Assembly: GCA_030704615.1 (NCBI GenBank)
Contig: CM060732.1
Span: forward strand, 41,354,001 to 41,418,000
From: Takakia lepidozioides
Taxonomy: Eukaryota; Plantae; Bryophyta
Reading direction: 5' to 3'
Length of the DNA stretch: 64,000 nt
The notes under the pieces are model-generated. The model was not told the DNA's origin, did not search any database, and saw only the letters and a program-made list of their open reading frames with translations. This document shows, in pieces, positions 47,882 through 61,445 of this stretch (positions are counted from its first letter, which is position 1; each line of letters starts with the position of its first letter). Both the position numbers and the translations under genes were made by a program.

Positions 47882-50583
47882 CTTCCAAATAAGCCAACTA
47901 CATTCATGTCCTGCTCAAAACGAATAACCTGCTGAGGGGAACGGCAATATTGCCTTTTCACAACCAAGAGCAAAATCATAATTAATACAAAGCATTGGAC
48001 ATAAAATCCAGCATGCCAGCTTCACTTGCAAGCCTTTCACAAGCGAATCGAGATAGCCAACCTTATCAAACCTGTCGTCCCACCACTGTGAACGATCGGA
48101 GAAGCACTCCTGCCAGAGCAGTTCTTTGCACATTTCTTGACCTATGCGCATGAACTGCGACAACACAAGAAGCAGTCAATTTGTTGTTACCTCTTATCCT
48201 GTCCCATGAAAGACACCATAATATGAACAATTAGAGATGTTGCACAAGACACCTAAACATTACAATGGACCATCATCAGAGATTGTACACGACCTTGTCT
48301 CGGGCATGTAGCTCTGCTTTCAGCCAAGAAGAATTTGACCAAATCTTAATCCAAAGGCTATTGGTTGTGCGCTTATATCTGAAGTCTGACGATCTTGCTC
48401 TTTTCTGTAGAACCACCAGGGGGCAGGTGAGCTTCAACCATATAGCAGGCTACAGCAGGCTACAGCAATCAAACCCCACGAATATTTCAGATAACTCCGA
48501 AAACTTACTTTTGAACAACTAACTGATGGTGACAAAAAGAACTGTTATTCCTGCTTTTCTCACCCAAGAGAAAGTGCCATTAATCCAGCAACTGAAAATA
48601 CAATCCAGCTTCAAGGACAAGCCCTTCTTCACAAACTTACTAGCCTCACCTTCTCAAACCTGTTGACCCAGCCGTGTGTAGGATCTGAGAGGAACTCCTT
48701 CCAGAGCCCTTCTTTGCTCATTACTTGACCTGTGGGAAAGAACCATGAAATATTGAGAACATTACCAGCTTCTGACTGTCTCATCTATTGCTGCTCAAAC
48801 TTGATCTTTAGCAGTGCCTAATTGATCTGGGTATCATTGAGGAATCCAGATTTATGCTTTGGAGAAAATCTCTCTCTCTCCCCCTCTCTCTCTCTAACCT
48901 TCAGTAGAATATTTCAGGTGGATTTAAGTGTTTTCTTTCCTATGGATGTCCTGAAACTGACAAGTACAAAATTCATTCCTTGGCTAGGGCCTTGTGGGAT
49001 TTATTGAGTGCACACGCCTTGGTTTAAGTTTTGGGGTTTCAGAAACCCTTATCCTGCAATTTAGTACTCATTTACAAAAGTTGTTTGAGTACGAATGGAG
49101 GCTATCTGAAACTACAGGTTAAGTGTCAGGCACAACGCTCACCGAGCTTTGCCTTCAAGAGATTTTCAACGGGGCTGCGGCCAGCAAGGTTTAAGCACAA
49201 CCTTGCCTTCATTGTGTTGGTCGAGTTCCCTAAGCAGTCATAGGGAAGAAATAGCTCATTTGTTGACACAAACAGGGAGCTACTCAGCCCCCTTACATGT
49301 GCATGTCAATATTGAAACCAGAAACTTGCTTGAAAATGAACATTTCAAAATGTTTTGCTAGACTCCTTGGAACTTATACAATTCAAAAGATTTACTGTAA
49401 GGTTTCCTGCACCAAAGTACAGTGTCTTCTCATGTCAAGATTGAAACCATGCACATGCGCCAGCCTTCCCAATCAATGTCTTAGGGAGAAGCAAGTCAAT
49501 TCAAGAAATGGACAGAAAATCAGCCCAAACAGATGAATGACGGCTTTAGAGCTTTGGGGTTTTCTGTGAGCTTAGCAAACTCTGATCTCACATGTTCCCT
49601 GGTCACAGCATTCTTCCCCGTAGTATTGCCTCAGCTTTCCGAATTTCTTTGATTGCTCCAATCACAAATAATATCTGGTGGGTGAGTATTTGCTCCGTTA
49701 GTGAATGCAAGAGTATAGGCAAATACAAACCCCATCAGCTACTGGAAAAGGGGAAGTTCTTGACACTTGTCTTGGCTTGTAGCACTTAGGCTGTGGGATT
49801 CTTATATCCTTTGAATTAAGAAGCGAAAGCTGAATGTGTTGGGTTCAACTTAAACCACTAGTTGGTTGCAACAAGAACATCAGGAATGGAGCAGCAAACA
49901 CACAGTACAGCTTACCTTGTCTGGAGGGCCTTTAGTGCCTCCCATGAAGATGTTAGCCCTGAAAATCAATCCACAGAGCGATCCTGTTAGTATCGGGAGG
50001 AATGAAACAATGTGGACCAATGCATACAAGTGACGAATGCACTAGAAAATCATTTCAGAGGGAGAACTACCGGCAGGATTGCATGATTGACTGGATTGAA
50101 GAGCCTTTTTTCCCAATAATGTGCCCCATTTTCCCATTCGGTACATCCACCACCGCCAGCACCTCCTCTTCTGGCACCTCTTCTACTGTCACATTGTCTG
50201 CCCCCAACCACCCAGATCAGATATAGAGCCACACCGCAGTTTCGAGGTATGGTCACCTGAGTGAGCTCAACAACAGAGCTACTTTCATCAAAGCACACCC
50301 TAAAATCTGTTCTGCTTTCCCCCAAGCTATGCAGGGACATCGACATGGATACCTGATTGCCTCACTAACCATATTTCCCTCAACTGGTCTAGTCTATTCC
50401 CACTGGTTGCTGAACCCATGTCAGCTATGCTGTAATTCAGAAGTCTCAGATTGCATGGATAGACTGTTCTGTGATAAAATAGCATGAAAGCTCTAAAGGC
50501 CCAACCTCCACATTGATAGAGTAAAACAGGCATTAATGTTACAAGGTCTCCAAAAATTGAAGCCATCACCCCGTGGATGCAGC

Positions 50584-51010
50584 TCAGCTGGGGTAGGAGG
50601 ATTGAAAGTCTTCTAAATCCAGAGAATAGACAGTGGATGAGGTGAAATCCAGTGGCAACCCCCAGTCTGCCAATGCATTCTGAATCCAGCTCAACTCGAC
50701 ATCTTCCATCGACATGTTCTCAATGTACTCCATGAAAAGTCCTGACATCCGATGCTCAACTAGGCCCTGACAGCCAGGCCTGTGATCATGGAGTCCACCT
50801 GTATAGTTTGTCGATCTCACAAGTTTTATGCTTATGTTAGTGAATTCAAGCCCTTGCAAATGGCTGTCATTAGAGCCTGCAAGGAAGATGTCATTCTCTG
50901 ATGTGGCAGTGATATTGATGAAGCGCACGTTGCGAATAGAGCCTACCTTAGTGGAAGGATCCCGGTTGCAGGCGGTTACATAGATGGGTTCACCTAGGTT
51001 GGAAAGATTG
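50584..51010 (-). pseudogene. C-terminal fragment of a GH28/pectin-lyase-like protein
   Basis: EPIYVTACNRD..KVGSIRNVRFINITATSEN.IFLAGS..YTGGLHDHRPGCQGLVEH resembles plant GH28-like proteins. No N-terminal exons recognised. Confidence 0.6.
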
Positions 51011-53219
51011 GAGGAAGAAAGGCGGGGCCACGGACCAGGTGGCCAGTATGCATGCAGCGCTCCATCGAAGTTCCGACGTGTCCGCTTTTCTGGAAATCCC
51101 AGTGTAACAATCCAGTGAATATGAAGATTGTTCACTATAATGTCCGTCACTATGAAGAAAGGTGTTGTTTTGGAGGGTTTCTAACAAACCCCACTACCCA
51201 CCCCAAGCACCCAGAAGTGTGAGCGAAGACCTCTTACATATGGCTTTCTCCATGATTCAAATGCTAAACTATGTCTGTTTGACACACAAACTCGGTGCAT
51301 CTGCTCCTCTGTCTGAAACTGATATATGTAGAGTTACAACAGCTGGTCACTGTTGAGAAGATGTAGTTGATTGTGTTGTCCCCTTGGATTGAGTGTATCT
51401 CAAGTGCTCTTCTTTACCTTGGATGTGGCTATATTTCAATGTTGGCTACCTCTCAAATGTGAGTCAATAGTTTACTAGGCTCTCACATGCTTTGGGATTA
51501 CAGGGGCTACAATCTTAGGCTGCTGACATGAAGCATCAGATTTGAGAATTGTTGGAGATGACTTACGGAACACCCCATGAGCTCCAGCCTCGCTCCACGT
51601 TAATGCTTGAGAGAGGTTTGGGTGTGTATGTGAGAGGTATAGAGAGAAATGACTGGGTACAAAAAGCTGTTGAATCAGATGGACAAACCATACAGGATGT
51701 GCACTCCTCACACCTACCTGGAGATGGATGAAGGAGGTACAGGAAGATGGCAACAGAAACAACGCTTGAACTTACACTGAATGATGACAGCCCCCTCTCA
51801 CTTGCCTGCCACCCAATCGTTGCAACATTTGATACACCGACTTAGCAATCACTAAACCGTGCAGAACCTACTAAATATGTCTGCCAAGAGTTCTGCAGCA
51901 TTTTGTGGTAGTCTGGGCAGTATTTGCTTATTCAAGCAACATATATCAGACAAACAGGTTGAGGACCTCATTTGAGGTTCTACTGATCCTGAGATGATTC
52001 ACAATATATTGGTTACCTAGAATCCCGGGAACGGTGCAAAATGAAAGTGGCCAAGACCCAACATGCAGTCGAAGAGGGCAGAGAATCAATAGTGATCAAG
52101 AAAGAGAACTAATCAGAGAGTAAACCCGAACAGTAGAGGAGAGACATGAAAAGAGAAGCCCTAGAGTAGGGCTGAGCCAAGGAAAAAGGCAGCCAGATAG
52201 CCAGAGCAGCAAGAGAGGATGCGATAACCAGCAGAAGATCCTATCTATGGAAGATCAATCTAGATTGAGAGCACTTCTTGAGATGCTTCCAGTTAATATC
52301 GGGTCAGGGGAGGCTGAACTCCATTAAACTCCATTGGTTTTTCCAGAACCTTCGGATTTACTACTTACTAAAATATTATAATGCTTGTTCGAATACTAAC
52401 TGTAATATTGAAATACTTGTCGAAGAACTAGCTGAAACATTAAAATACTTGCTGAAAATGTGGGTGAGATACTGAAATACTGAAATAGAGTCCCAGTGAA
52501 TGTTCCTAAGATTGCAAGCTGCACATCCACCTGCTGGATCAGATCACATAAAACCTTGTCTAAATAATGTGCATTGGCTTCATGGCAACATGTACAGCAG
52601 TGAGAACTACCAGATTTTGTGCCAATTGAAATGAAATGGTACTTCCATGCAGATTTTGTGCCCGGTAAAGAAAGCTGAACATGGACAAATACTAACCAAG
52701 CATACCCTCACAAAGCCTTGGTACAGCAAGCATGACTTAGACCTGGTGGCACTAAGCAGCCAAGGTTGGCGGCAAAGATGCGGATTGCAAAAAAAGTCAG
52801 TGTGACTCATCGTAAAAGGAATGGAACCAATGTTTTGAACCTGTAGCTTAATGACCTCTGAAGAGAACAGGTTTTCCATTTTAAAGTTGATAGACTACTG
52901 CACCTGCAACAGACGGGCATAGATGTAGGTCCGATTACGAATTAATAAGGTGGTTTGAAGTTTGAGCACTGTCCTGTCTTGGAGATACTCCTGGTCCAAA
53001 ACCTTTGCAGCTGATTCATTTTCCTGCACAAAAGCAGAGTATGATGTTTCCTCTTTGCAATTACTGCTTGCGTAAACTGATATGCACAACATCGCAGACC
53101 GGTCTGCCTGTTTGAAGGTTCTGTGCAATGTCACACCTTTCCTATTACTCTTGCAATCTTTCACTTGCTTAGATCTGCATGTTGGACAGCGATAGCAAGT
53201 GTGAAGACCTGCTTCTACC

Positions 53220-54137
53220 TCAATGATGAGCAGCTTCTAATTTCGATTTAGGCTCTTTCTTTGGGCCACCTGTGAAGAGCTTGTAGCCACCATAGAACAA
53301 CAGTCCCCAGCCAGCTAGTGATACGAACACAAACTGCCAACCATACAACAATCAACCTTGCCTCAGTTTCATTGCATTCTGGAAATCACATTCAAGTGGA
53401 AGAGAGTTTAGAGGAATGTCCAGACTTGCTAACAAAAAATCTGCATCACCTCTCTGCCCCACTTTCCTGCCCTTTCAGACTAAAGCAGGAAAGCAACCAA
53501 CTCTCAAATAATTGACTCCTCATTTTAGAACTGGCATTGAGAACACATATCTATGTCAGAGCCAAAGAGAAAGCGGGATGCCGATTTCAGCATGGCTACA
53601 GTAGCAATCTACCTCACACAGATGTGCCAGTGGTTTCAGCTTGAGCTTTCTAAGGTTGATAACTTTTGGCAATATACAGCTTCTTGTCTTGTTTCCCTGC
53701 TAGTGTGAAAGAGACAGAGAGAAGAGAACTGTACAAACAGACAGACAAACAGACAGAAACGGAGGGGACAGCCAGGACTTCGGAAAACCATACATGTTCT
53801 TCCTTCCACTTGGAGGGGCTCAGCGGATCTTGCCAGATAGGCACTCTTTCCGGCCCATGCCCGCCTGTACTTTCACACAGCAGCACAGGCACATCAACAC
53901 TTGTGACACGGGTAACTTCAGAGGCTGTGAACATTGAGCAACCGAGTTAGACTATTTGCAAAAAGTATGCTGCAAAGTTACCACATTGCAGTTTATGAAA
54001 AGTTGAAATCACCTCACGGTTCCATTACCTGATGCGAAGGTGCGAGATGAAGATCGCTGGCTCGGAGAGCTCCGAAGAGAAGCAGGTGCGAGATGAAGAA
54101 TCCGGGCAGCAGATCCCGCAGCCCGCCCCATGGCCAT
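53220..54137 (-). CDS. Small mitochondrial membrane protein, probably complex I subunit KFYI/NDUFC1 (At4g00585-like), 3 exons
   Basis: Spliced product MAMGRAAGSAARILHLAPASLRSSPSQRSSSRTFAS/GGHGPERVPIWQDPLSPSKWKEEH/FVFVSLAGWGLLFYGGYKLFTGGPKKEPKSKLEAAHH*: presequence, conserved DPxSPSKWKEEH and one TM helix. Missed by the ORF track. Subunit identity is from memory. Confidence 0.8.
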
Positions 54138-54375
54138 ATCCCCTGCACGACCACCTCACACTCAGACCCTCCCTGCACAACACTTCCACAGACACTGCAA
54201 AACCCTCGGCGCACACACAACAATAAGCTCCTCCCTCAAGAGGAGACCACGCATGGGTGCGCGCACAGCGGGAGAAGTTCCCCATGTACCTTCACCGGAA
54301 AGCACCCTAAGCAGATATACCTTCACTAGCTACCGTTTCTCTTGATATTCATGAGCATCAAATATAAATTTGTAT

Positions 54376-55770
54376 CTTTTTTTTCTCTTTTTTTCTTTTT
54401 TTTAAACAGGGGGATTGGAGCCCTGGGAATTTTATTAACTGGGGTAAGGAAAAAATAACCTTACAGAAGCCATAAGGGAGAGGAGAGAACATAAGATAAA
54501 TTTTCTTTAACGTCCAGTGAATTTACAGAGCCTATTGCTCAACACGCAGGAGATAAAGATAAAGATAAAGTTTCTTTAACATCCAGTGAATTTACAGAGC
54601 CTACTGCTCAACACACAGGCCATCGAGGGCCCAATGGACGGTCTGAAGGCACATGTTGAAGGATTGAACAAAAGCACTGCACCAGATGTACATGCAACCT
54701 CCGGAGTAGCCTTGATGAAAAACAGGCTTGAACTTATATAAGTACCAACCTACTTCTGAAGAGAACATAGAGCTAGAGCACCCATTCCTCAAACTATGCA
54801 GTCAGGAGACAACAACTGGATCCTATAAGAAGAATCTACATACTGCCCCTCTTTCTCATCGCGGCCTCAAAAGATAACTGTGTCTTTGATTTCCCCTTTC
54901 TAAGACTCCTTTATGCCATAGCACTATCCCTCTAAGGGACTCCAAGAAAGGACAGGAAGAAAACAATCTCCCATCTTTTTTTTGACAGAGTTGAGCCCAA
55001 CTCACCAGGGCTCTCTTATTTGCCGAAGCAGATGTAGCACTCCAGATAAAGTTACGGACCATCGCTTTGATGTGCTTGATGATAGAAGCTCCGGGAGACC
55101 ATACTGCAGCTGAAAACCAAGAGGAGGCCAGTATAACCTGGTTGGCAATCAGCACTCTCCCCCAAACTGTTAAGTGCAGAGAGCTCCAGTATGCCAGCTT
55201 TCGCTTAATCATGGAAAGGACAGCAGCGAATTGACAGTCGTCTGAAATTCCGTGGCCAATTTGGTGTCCAAGTAACTCATGCATTTGCCCTTCTTCAAGC
55301 CATTTAAGCCATAACTCCCAAGGGTCACAGTGGACAGAAGACGAACCCTCTGGCAGGATACTCAGCAGCCCCACTGATTTCTCCCACTTTATCTTTAAGC
55401 CAGAAGCTTCACAGAAACAATTAAGGGACTTGAGGGTAGAGTTAACGTTGGCTTGGGAGCTGTTATCTATAAACAGAGTGGTATCATCAGCATAGAGGGA
55501 GGAGCGAATGGAGTCGGAGGGGTTTAAGGAAGGGGAGTGAGGGATGACAAGACCGAGAGAGTCATTCTTTTTATCCAGCAAATGCCCTAACCCATTTGCG
55601 GCAATAAGAAATAGAAACGGGGCTAAGGGGCAGCCTTGCCTTACAGATTTATAGAGAGGGAATGATTTTGACAAAGTGGCACCATTAATCATTACCCTAC
55701 TGGAAGTCGAAGAGAGCAGGATTTCTATCCAAGACAAGAAATGGGTGCCTAATCCCCAGACTTTCATTGC
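54376..55770 (-). mobile_element. 5'-truncated LINE (L1-like) reverse transcriptase fragment with A-rich tail
   Basis: SVRQGCPLAPFLF, LYADD, SGLKIKWEKS and GRVLIANQVI. T-rich tract on + at 54376-54403 is the tail. ~55-bp duplication at 54493/54566. Confidence 0.85.
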
Positions 55771-56279
55771 TCCTGGAACAGGTATTTTCAGTTTATGTTG
55801 TCAAAGGCCTTCTAATAGGCCCCCATGTAATACACTTAGAATAGACCCAGTATTAGCAAACCTTGAATAAACCCCCATTGTTGTCCACCCAATAATACAC
55901 ACTTGCAGTAGATCTTTTGATTGTACCTTTGTTCTAGAGACCAGCATTAGACCCTAAACAGACCTTAGTTAGCTAATGTTATGTGACGCCCAGTAGACCC
56001 TGAAAAGACCCTAATAAATGTGCCCCCCAAGCTTTAAGCTGAAGCAACATTTCATTCGTGTGGAGTATTTCTCATGTTTGTTTCCATGGTGCCGGTCGTA
56101 ACCCTTATCGTTGTTCTCTCATGGCGATGGCGAGGGTTTGCAGGGATGTGACCACTTCAAACTAGATGATCTTCCCATTCTATCTTCCTTCCTTTGTTCT
56201 TATTGTGTTCATTCACAATCTGTACATAATTAGCATCTGTGACCTAAATTTGTTGCTTTGTACGACATCATGATGTCGG

Positions 56280-56720
56280 AGGAGATAGAATATGCATGTA
56301 GTAAAGGTGGAGAAAACTGGAAGGCGTATGTGCACACCAACAGGTGTAAGCAGAAACAAAGGTATTGGTATGCACCAGTTTCCAAATGAGTTTGAAGACA
56401 AAGTCACAGAAGCATTTGTAGACCTCCAAGTTGACAAAAAGGAAGGAGATTGGCTTAAGGACCGAATACGATGTCCATTTTGTAGTGTTATTTTCAAAGA
56501 CAATGTAACTTTGAACCGTCATTGTGTTGATGTGGGGTGCAAAGCGAACATCCCAAAAAACTTTAAGCCTTGACCTATAGCTGTATCGGCCACATACGTT
56601 GCTGAGGTAGCACAAAAGGTTAGGGGAGCATCTACTAGTCCGAAGTCCATGGAAGAAGTGGTAAGAAAGTACTTTACAATCAAACGGACATGAAGCTCTC
56701 CAAGACGAATAAATATGGCC
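56280..56720 (+). pseudogene. Zn-finger (CPFC-x12-H-x5-C) transposon accessory gene fragment
   Basis: KGGENWKAYVH..RYWY (other frame), then WLKDRIRCPFCSVIFKDNVTLNRHCVDVGCKANIPKNFKP. Homologous to 61122-61445. Confidence 0.55.
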
Positions 56721-57399
56721 TTGGAGGCCTCGGAGGATTTTGTTGTGGTTCGAAAAAACGAAAAGTGCCTCAAGATCAACTTGCCCAACAACAGGCACCT
56801 ATGCATCGCAAATGTGCTTCTAGTCATGACAACCGTCTTCCACAGGAAACAAAGAATTTTCAAGGAATGGACCAAGAGGATAATCAACATGAACAGACAC
56901 ATGTGAGAGAACTAGACAAAGTGACACATGAAAGACCTGGTTCACTCATTTTGCTTGCTCATGGGCTTTTTCTAGAGATTTGTCCACTTGAAGGGGACCC
57001 ACAATTATTTGAGTACATATCTAATTATGTGCAATCTAGTGGGCACATGCATAAGAGAGCCAAATCAGCCAAGAAGCGATGGTTGCAATACCATATGCAA
57101 GAAGGAGAAACTGAATATATTGAAGTTCCCTCTTCATCTTCATTTCAGGGAGTCTTTTGCAATGGTCTGTTCATGAAAGGTCTATTGTAGTAGTTCCAGT
57201 GGGTGGTGGTCTTTTCATTTGTGTTATATGGTTATATTCTTGTGGTTCTATTGCTTTGGGTCTATTACAAAGGTCTATTGATCTAGGTCTGTTGCAGAGG
57301 TTTGTTGCAGTGGCCGGTTGCAGTGGTTATGTTCTCTTGGGTCTATTGCTTTGGGTCTGTTGCAGTGGTCTATTACTTTGCATGTTGGGTCTATTCTAG

Positions 57400-58450
57400 T
57401 GGATGATCTACTATTTTGTTCCAGTGGTTGGTCTATTGATATCTTCTATTGACATTTCAGGGATACTATTTGGAGGATCCTAGCATTTGACAAGCTGTGG
57501 ATGCTTGGAAAACTCGGAGTAAACACAAGCTATCAATGATGAGATTGCAAGGATTCGCACAAAAATCATCGCAAGTCCATGCTTGCCCCAAGCTTGCATT
57601 TTTCATGACATGATCCTTGTGCTCCGCCATGATTTGCGCCACAGAGAAACCTTGACACAAACATTGCCTGGCTAATATGTGGAGCAAAGGCATACCGAGT
57701 GTTTTGGAACTCTGTTATGGTCCCATGACAAGGTTTTCCAAGTATATCAACATGCAACTTCTTGTCGTAATATGTGATGATACCAATATCAGGTGCTAGG
57801 TATGATTGTTGGACTTGGAAAGAACATAGACAACCACGCCTGTGTGATTCGCCGTATCCAGATTTATTCCTCCTAGGGCCTTTATGATGATGATGAACAA
57901 CTTTTTCTTTGGGATCATTCACAGGTGGCAATTTCTCGGTGCGCTTGTCATCCGGGGCATAGCAACAGTGATACCTAAGCATGTTGTTTGAAGGTCAAGT
58001 GGTGAGAGCATGGTAGTACAACATGATACCCTATTTAGGCCCAACTTACACCATACAAAACACTCAAAACTTCCAACAACACAAACATGAAAAACCACAA
58101 CACAAGAACCAACTGAAAAGAGGTGGAGGTAGCTACAAACATGATCTTGGTCAAGAATGTATTGGATCTCGGACTTTTGCGTGTTCTAGGAGCAACGTCT
58201 TCTTGAAACTGAACGTAAAATTGAGTTGGAGCATCTTCTCTACACTCCTCTCCAAGAACAAAGTCTTCCACCCTCTCCCAAGGTATGATTGCCTTCTCAA
58301 CATTGACACAAACTCCATTTCCTCCATACTGTTTGTCAGCTGCCCATTGTAGGTTTTGGGAATTAAAGGGACCTTCTTTGGGTGTTTGTAGAGCTTCACG
58401 CAAGCGTTCTACAAGGGGGTCGTAAGTTTTAACATCATCTTTGTCATTCA
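57400..58450 (-). pseudogene. N-terminal part of a MULE-derived SWIM-family transposase (At1g60560/At4g13970-like)
   Basis: IIPWERVEDFVLGEE..PTQF, YHCCYAPDD, RRGCLCSFQV, HVDILGKPCHG and YAFAPHIS. Frameshifted and truncated. Confidence 0.65.
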
Positions 58451-59497
58451 TGATTTGAGAAAGACATTGCACAACCCTGCAAAGAGTCGTGCGAAGAATG
58501 TGGCGCCGCAAAGGATCTCAGGTCACAGGCTATGACAAAGACAACGGCTTTTTATATGACATGCATAGACCTTTGGATGTGTTGCGCTAACTTTCTGACG
58601 GCTGCGATGTGTCACATGGGGAGTCAAAGGAAATATTGGTCTAAATGGAAGACCCTACCCAGGAGACCTTGAAAGACATATGTCAGCAGACCCGAGGTTG
58701 GGGAGCGACCCAGGTCAGCAGACCAAGGGGAGGACCATGGAGGAGGACGGCAGAGCAACCGGCTGGGGGGACCCGCGCCGGAGGGCTGCGCGGTCAGGCC
58801 GCGGGTAGGGGAAAACCCCGCGACGTGGGTCCCACACACATGTCAAGTGTGTGCATATAAGACGTAGTAGAAGTATGGTACTTGGCAAACAACAAGGCAA
58901 ACATTTGGAAACGCTGCCCTTTGTCAACCAAAGTATGACAAAGAGAGCAACCATTGCCATGTGTTGCATTGGCATAAACTAGATTGCTAATGTCTGTGAT
59001 CTAGCTGCTGTGGATCAAAGAGGTGCTGGATATGCAGACCCTCAAACAAGTGAACCCTCAAACGACCATGCGCCCTCAATCGGGTCGCATGGTGTGAAAA
59101 ATTAACGTCGTAACTGATGTGGATGAAGTTGAATGAACATGAATTCTGAATGAAAAATTTATGCGCCCTTGTCCTCTACCTGCTCCAACCAATGCCAGAG
59201 GAAAACCATAAATGCCCTACACGGTACCAGATTTGGGTGATGTCCAAGCAGGTTGACCACTTACGTGGCAGCCCAAGGGGTGTCCACGTAGGTCAACCGC
59301 CCACGTGGCAGGCTCGAAGGTGTTTCAAAAAATGGCCCATCCAACCTAGAAATTTGCTCTTTGTCAGAATTTTTTTTGACAATGTACTTTACACTGGGGC
59401 AAAGCTTAGACTGACCGTAAGAATTTGGATACCAAAAAAACATTCTAGACATTTTTAGGAGCCTTGGTTCACTAGAGCAAATTGGGGCCCCCAAAAT

Positions 59498-59930
59498 GCC
59501 TCTCATTTTTGAATAATTGGGAGTTTATGTCGCGTGTGTGGGACAAGGCGCGCACGCCCGCACGGACGCGGGGTCGCCCTCCCCCGCCCCGCCCACCCCC
59601 ACCTGCCAGCCGTGCAGCGCGGTCGCCAACCCCGCAGCCGCCCAGCCCGCCCGCCCTCGCCGCTAGGTCCGCCCGCCATCGGGTCCCCAGTGGGTTTGCC
59701 CAAGCTCGGTCTGCCCGCTGCTGGCGCAAGTCGTCTGGCAGACCACCCCAGACCGGCACAGCAGACCCAGACCTACGTGGCGCGCATCTGCCCGTCCAGA
59801 TCCAGTTTTATCCAGATCGTCTGGATTTAGGGCATGCCATGGCACTTGCCGATCTCCTCAGACCCCCTTTGTTTTTGTTTTTTTTTCTCTGTTGTCGGTG
59901 TTGCTTGCTGTTGTTTGTTGTTTGACTGTT
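59498..59930 (-). repeat. GC-rich left terminus of family S
   Basis: Starts GCCTCTCATTTT..AATAATTGGGA; reverse complement of 37290-37751. Downstream 60245-60310 resembles 35915-35970. Confidence 0.65.
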
Positions 59931-61121
59931 TAGAACCAACAGACTTGCCGGTTGTGAAGAATCCCTTTGCATGACTCCATGGACTCTCTGGCAACGTCGG
60001 AGTCCATCGTTTCAAGCCACAACCTCTTTTGTTCATATGCTTCTACTATTTTTGCTTTGTTGTTCGCCTATTCGTGGGATTGTTTGAGCGTGGGGAAGTG
60101 AGTTACATTGAGTTTACAGTGCAGACTTGAATGGAAGTATTTAGATCTTTACTAACAAGTACGACTCATTTTAGCGGACATCAATTGAGAATCCGCCTTT
60201 CCCTTGTCACATTGTCTTGTTCGAGGCTTGTCCTCCATATAGCATGTGTGGAATGGCATTGCAAAAATAGCGGAAGCATATGTGCATGGCTGGCTGTATA
60301 AATTTCCGATTTCCTCCCAAGTTCCGTCTCTTGGATGTTGTTTGCAGGTGGACCCATCGATGCAGGACGAAATGGGCATGTGTGGCGGAATTTTTTGTGC
60401 AACGAACCAGTGGACCTTCCAAGTGTTACCATGACAGTGCGGGGATGCAGAGACCCAGCCGGGGGACCATTGAAATGGTGAAACGGGTGGGGACACACTG
60501 CAGATAGAGGGCAGACCAGATGGGCAGAGTAGGAGAAGAGAAGAGTACACCATGCCAGTCCAGACGAGAAGACCGAACCAACAAACCAGCCTGGAGAACT
60601 CTGGTCAGACCCCGATGGCAGACCGAGTGGGTTTAGGCTATCTTTGCCGCACAAATGCGACAGACCAGTGCCACAGATCCTTTTGGCCGACCCTTTTGGC
60701 GGAGACTTAGGGTAGACCATGGAAGTCCTTGGCGGCGGCCATTATTGTGCCGCCGGGACGTTTGATGTTTCGACGGCAGTCCAATGGCCGACGTGCATGG
60801 CCTCGGCGGCCACACGCATGCTCCTGTCACGCTTAGCAGTGAGCCGTTACGTTGGGGTCCTCGCCTCTTCCTCCTCTTGCGCCTTTCGCGTCTCTCCACT
60901 TTGCGACTGAACGTTGTGTTGCGCTTTGCGGTTTCTGCCTCTTCGACTCGACGATTCCTTTGTAGCGCCCGCCCGCTCTTCAAAGGCCGTGTGCCCGTCA
61001 TTGCCGAAGTGCAAAGGTATCAACTTCACCAGACTTCTTCACCGCCAGACCCTCATTTCCTTTTTTTCTTGCTCTTCTTCATTTGCATTTAGCAGACCGT
61101 CTCTGACACAATTCCTCCTTA

Positions 61122-61445
61122 GGTTGCAGCCATGGAAGAAGCTTGCCCAAAGGGTGGAGCCGATTGGGTGGAATATGTGCATGCACCTCGCCACAAAGCC
61201 AAGAGAAGGTACTGGTATGAGCCAAGTGAGTACGATGCTAAAATAGTATAAGCATTTTTGGACTTGGGCGTAGCGAAGGAGAAGGAGAACTGGCCAAAGG
61301 ATCGGTTTCAGTGCCCCTTTTGCCCCGATATTGTCAAGGACAAAGAGACTCTAAACCGCCATGCCATTGATGGAGGATGCAAAGGTATGGTCCCTGAGAA
61401 CTTCAAGCCTTGGCCCAAGCCAAGTTCGTTTAAGGCCGCAGATTG
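61122..61445 (+). pseudogene. Second Zn-finger accessory gene fragment, cut by the gypsy element
   Basis: KGGADWVEYVH..RYWYEP..*..WPKDRFQCPFCPDIVKDKETLNRHAIDGGCKGMVPENFKPWP. Confidence 0.55.
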
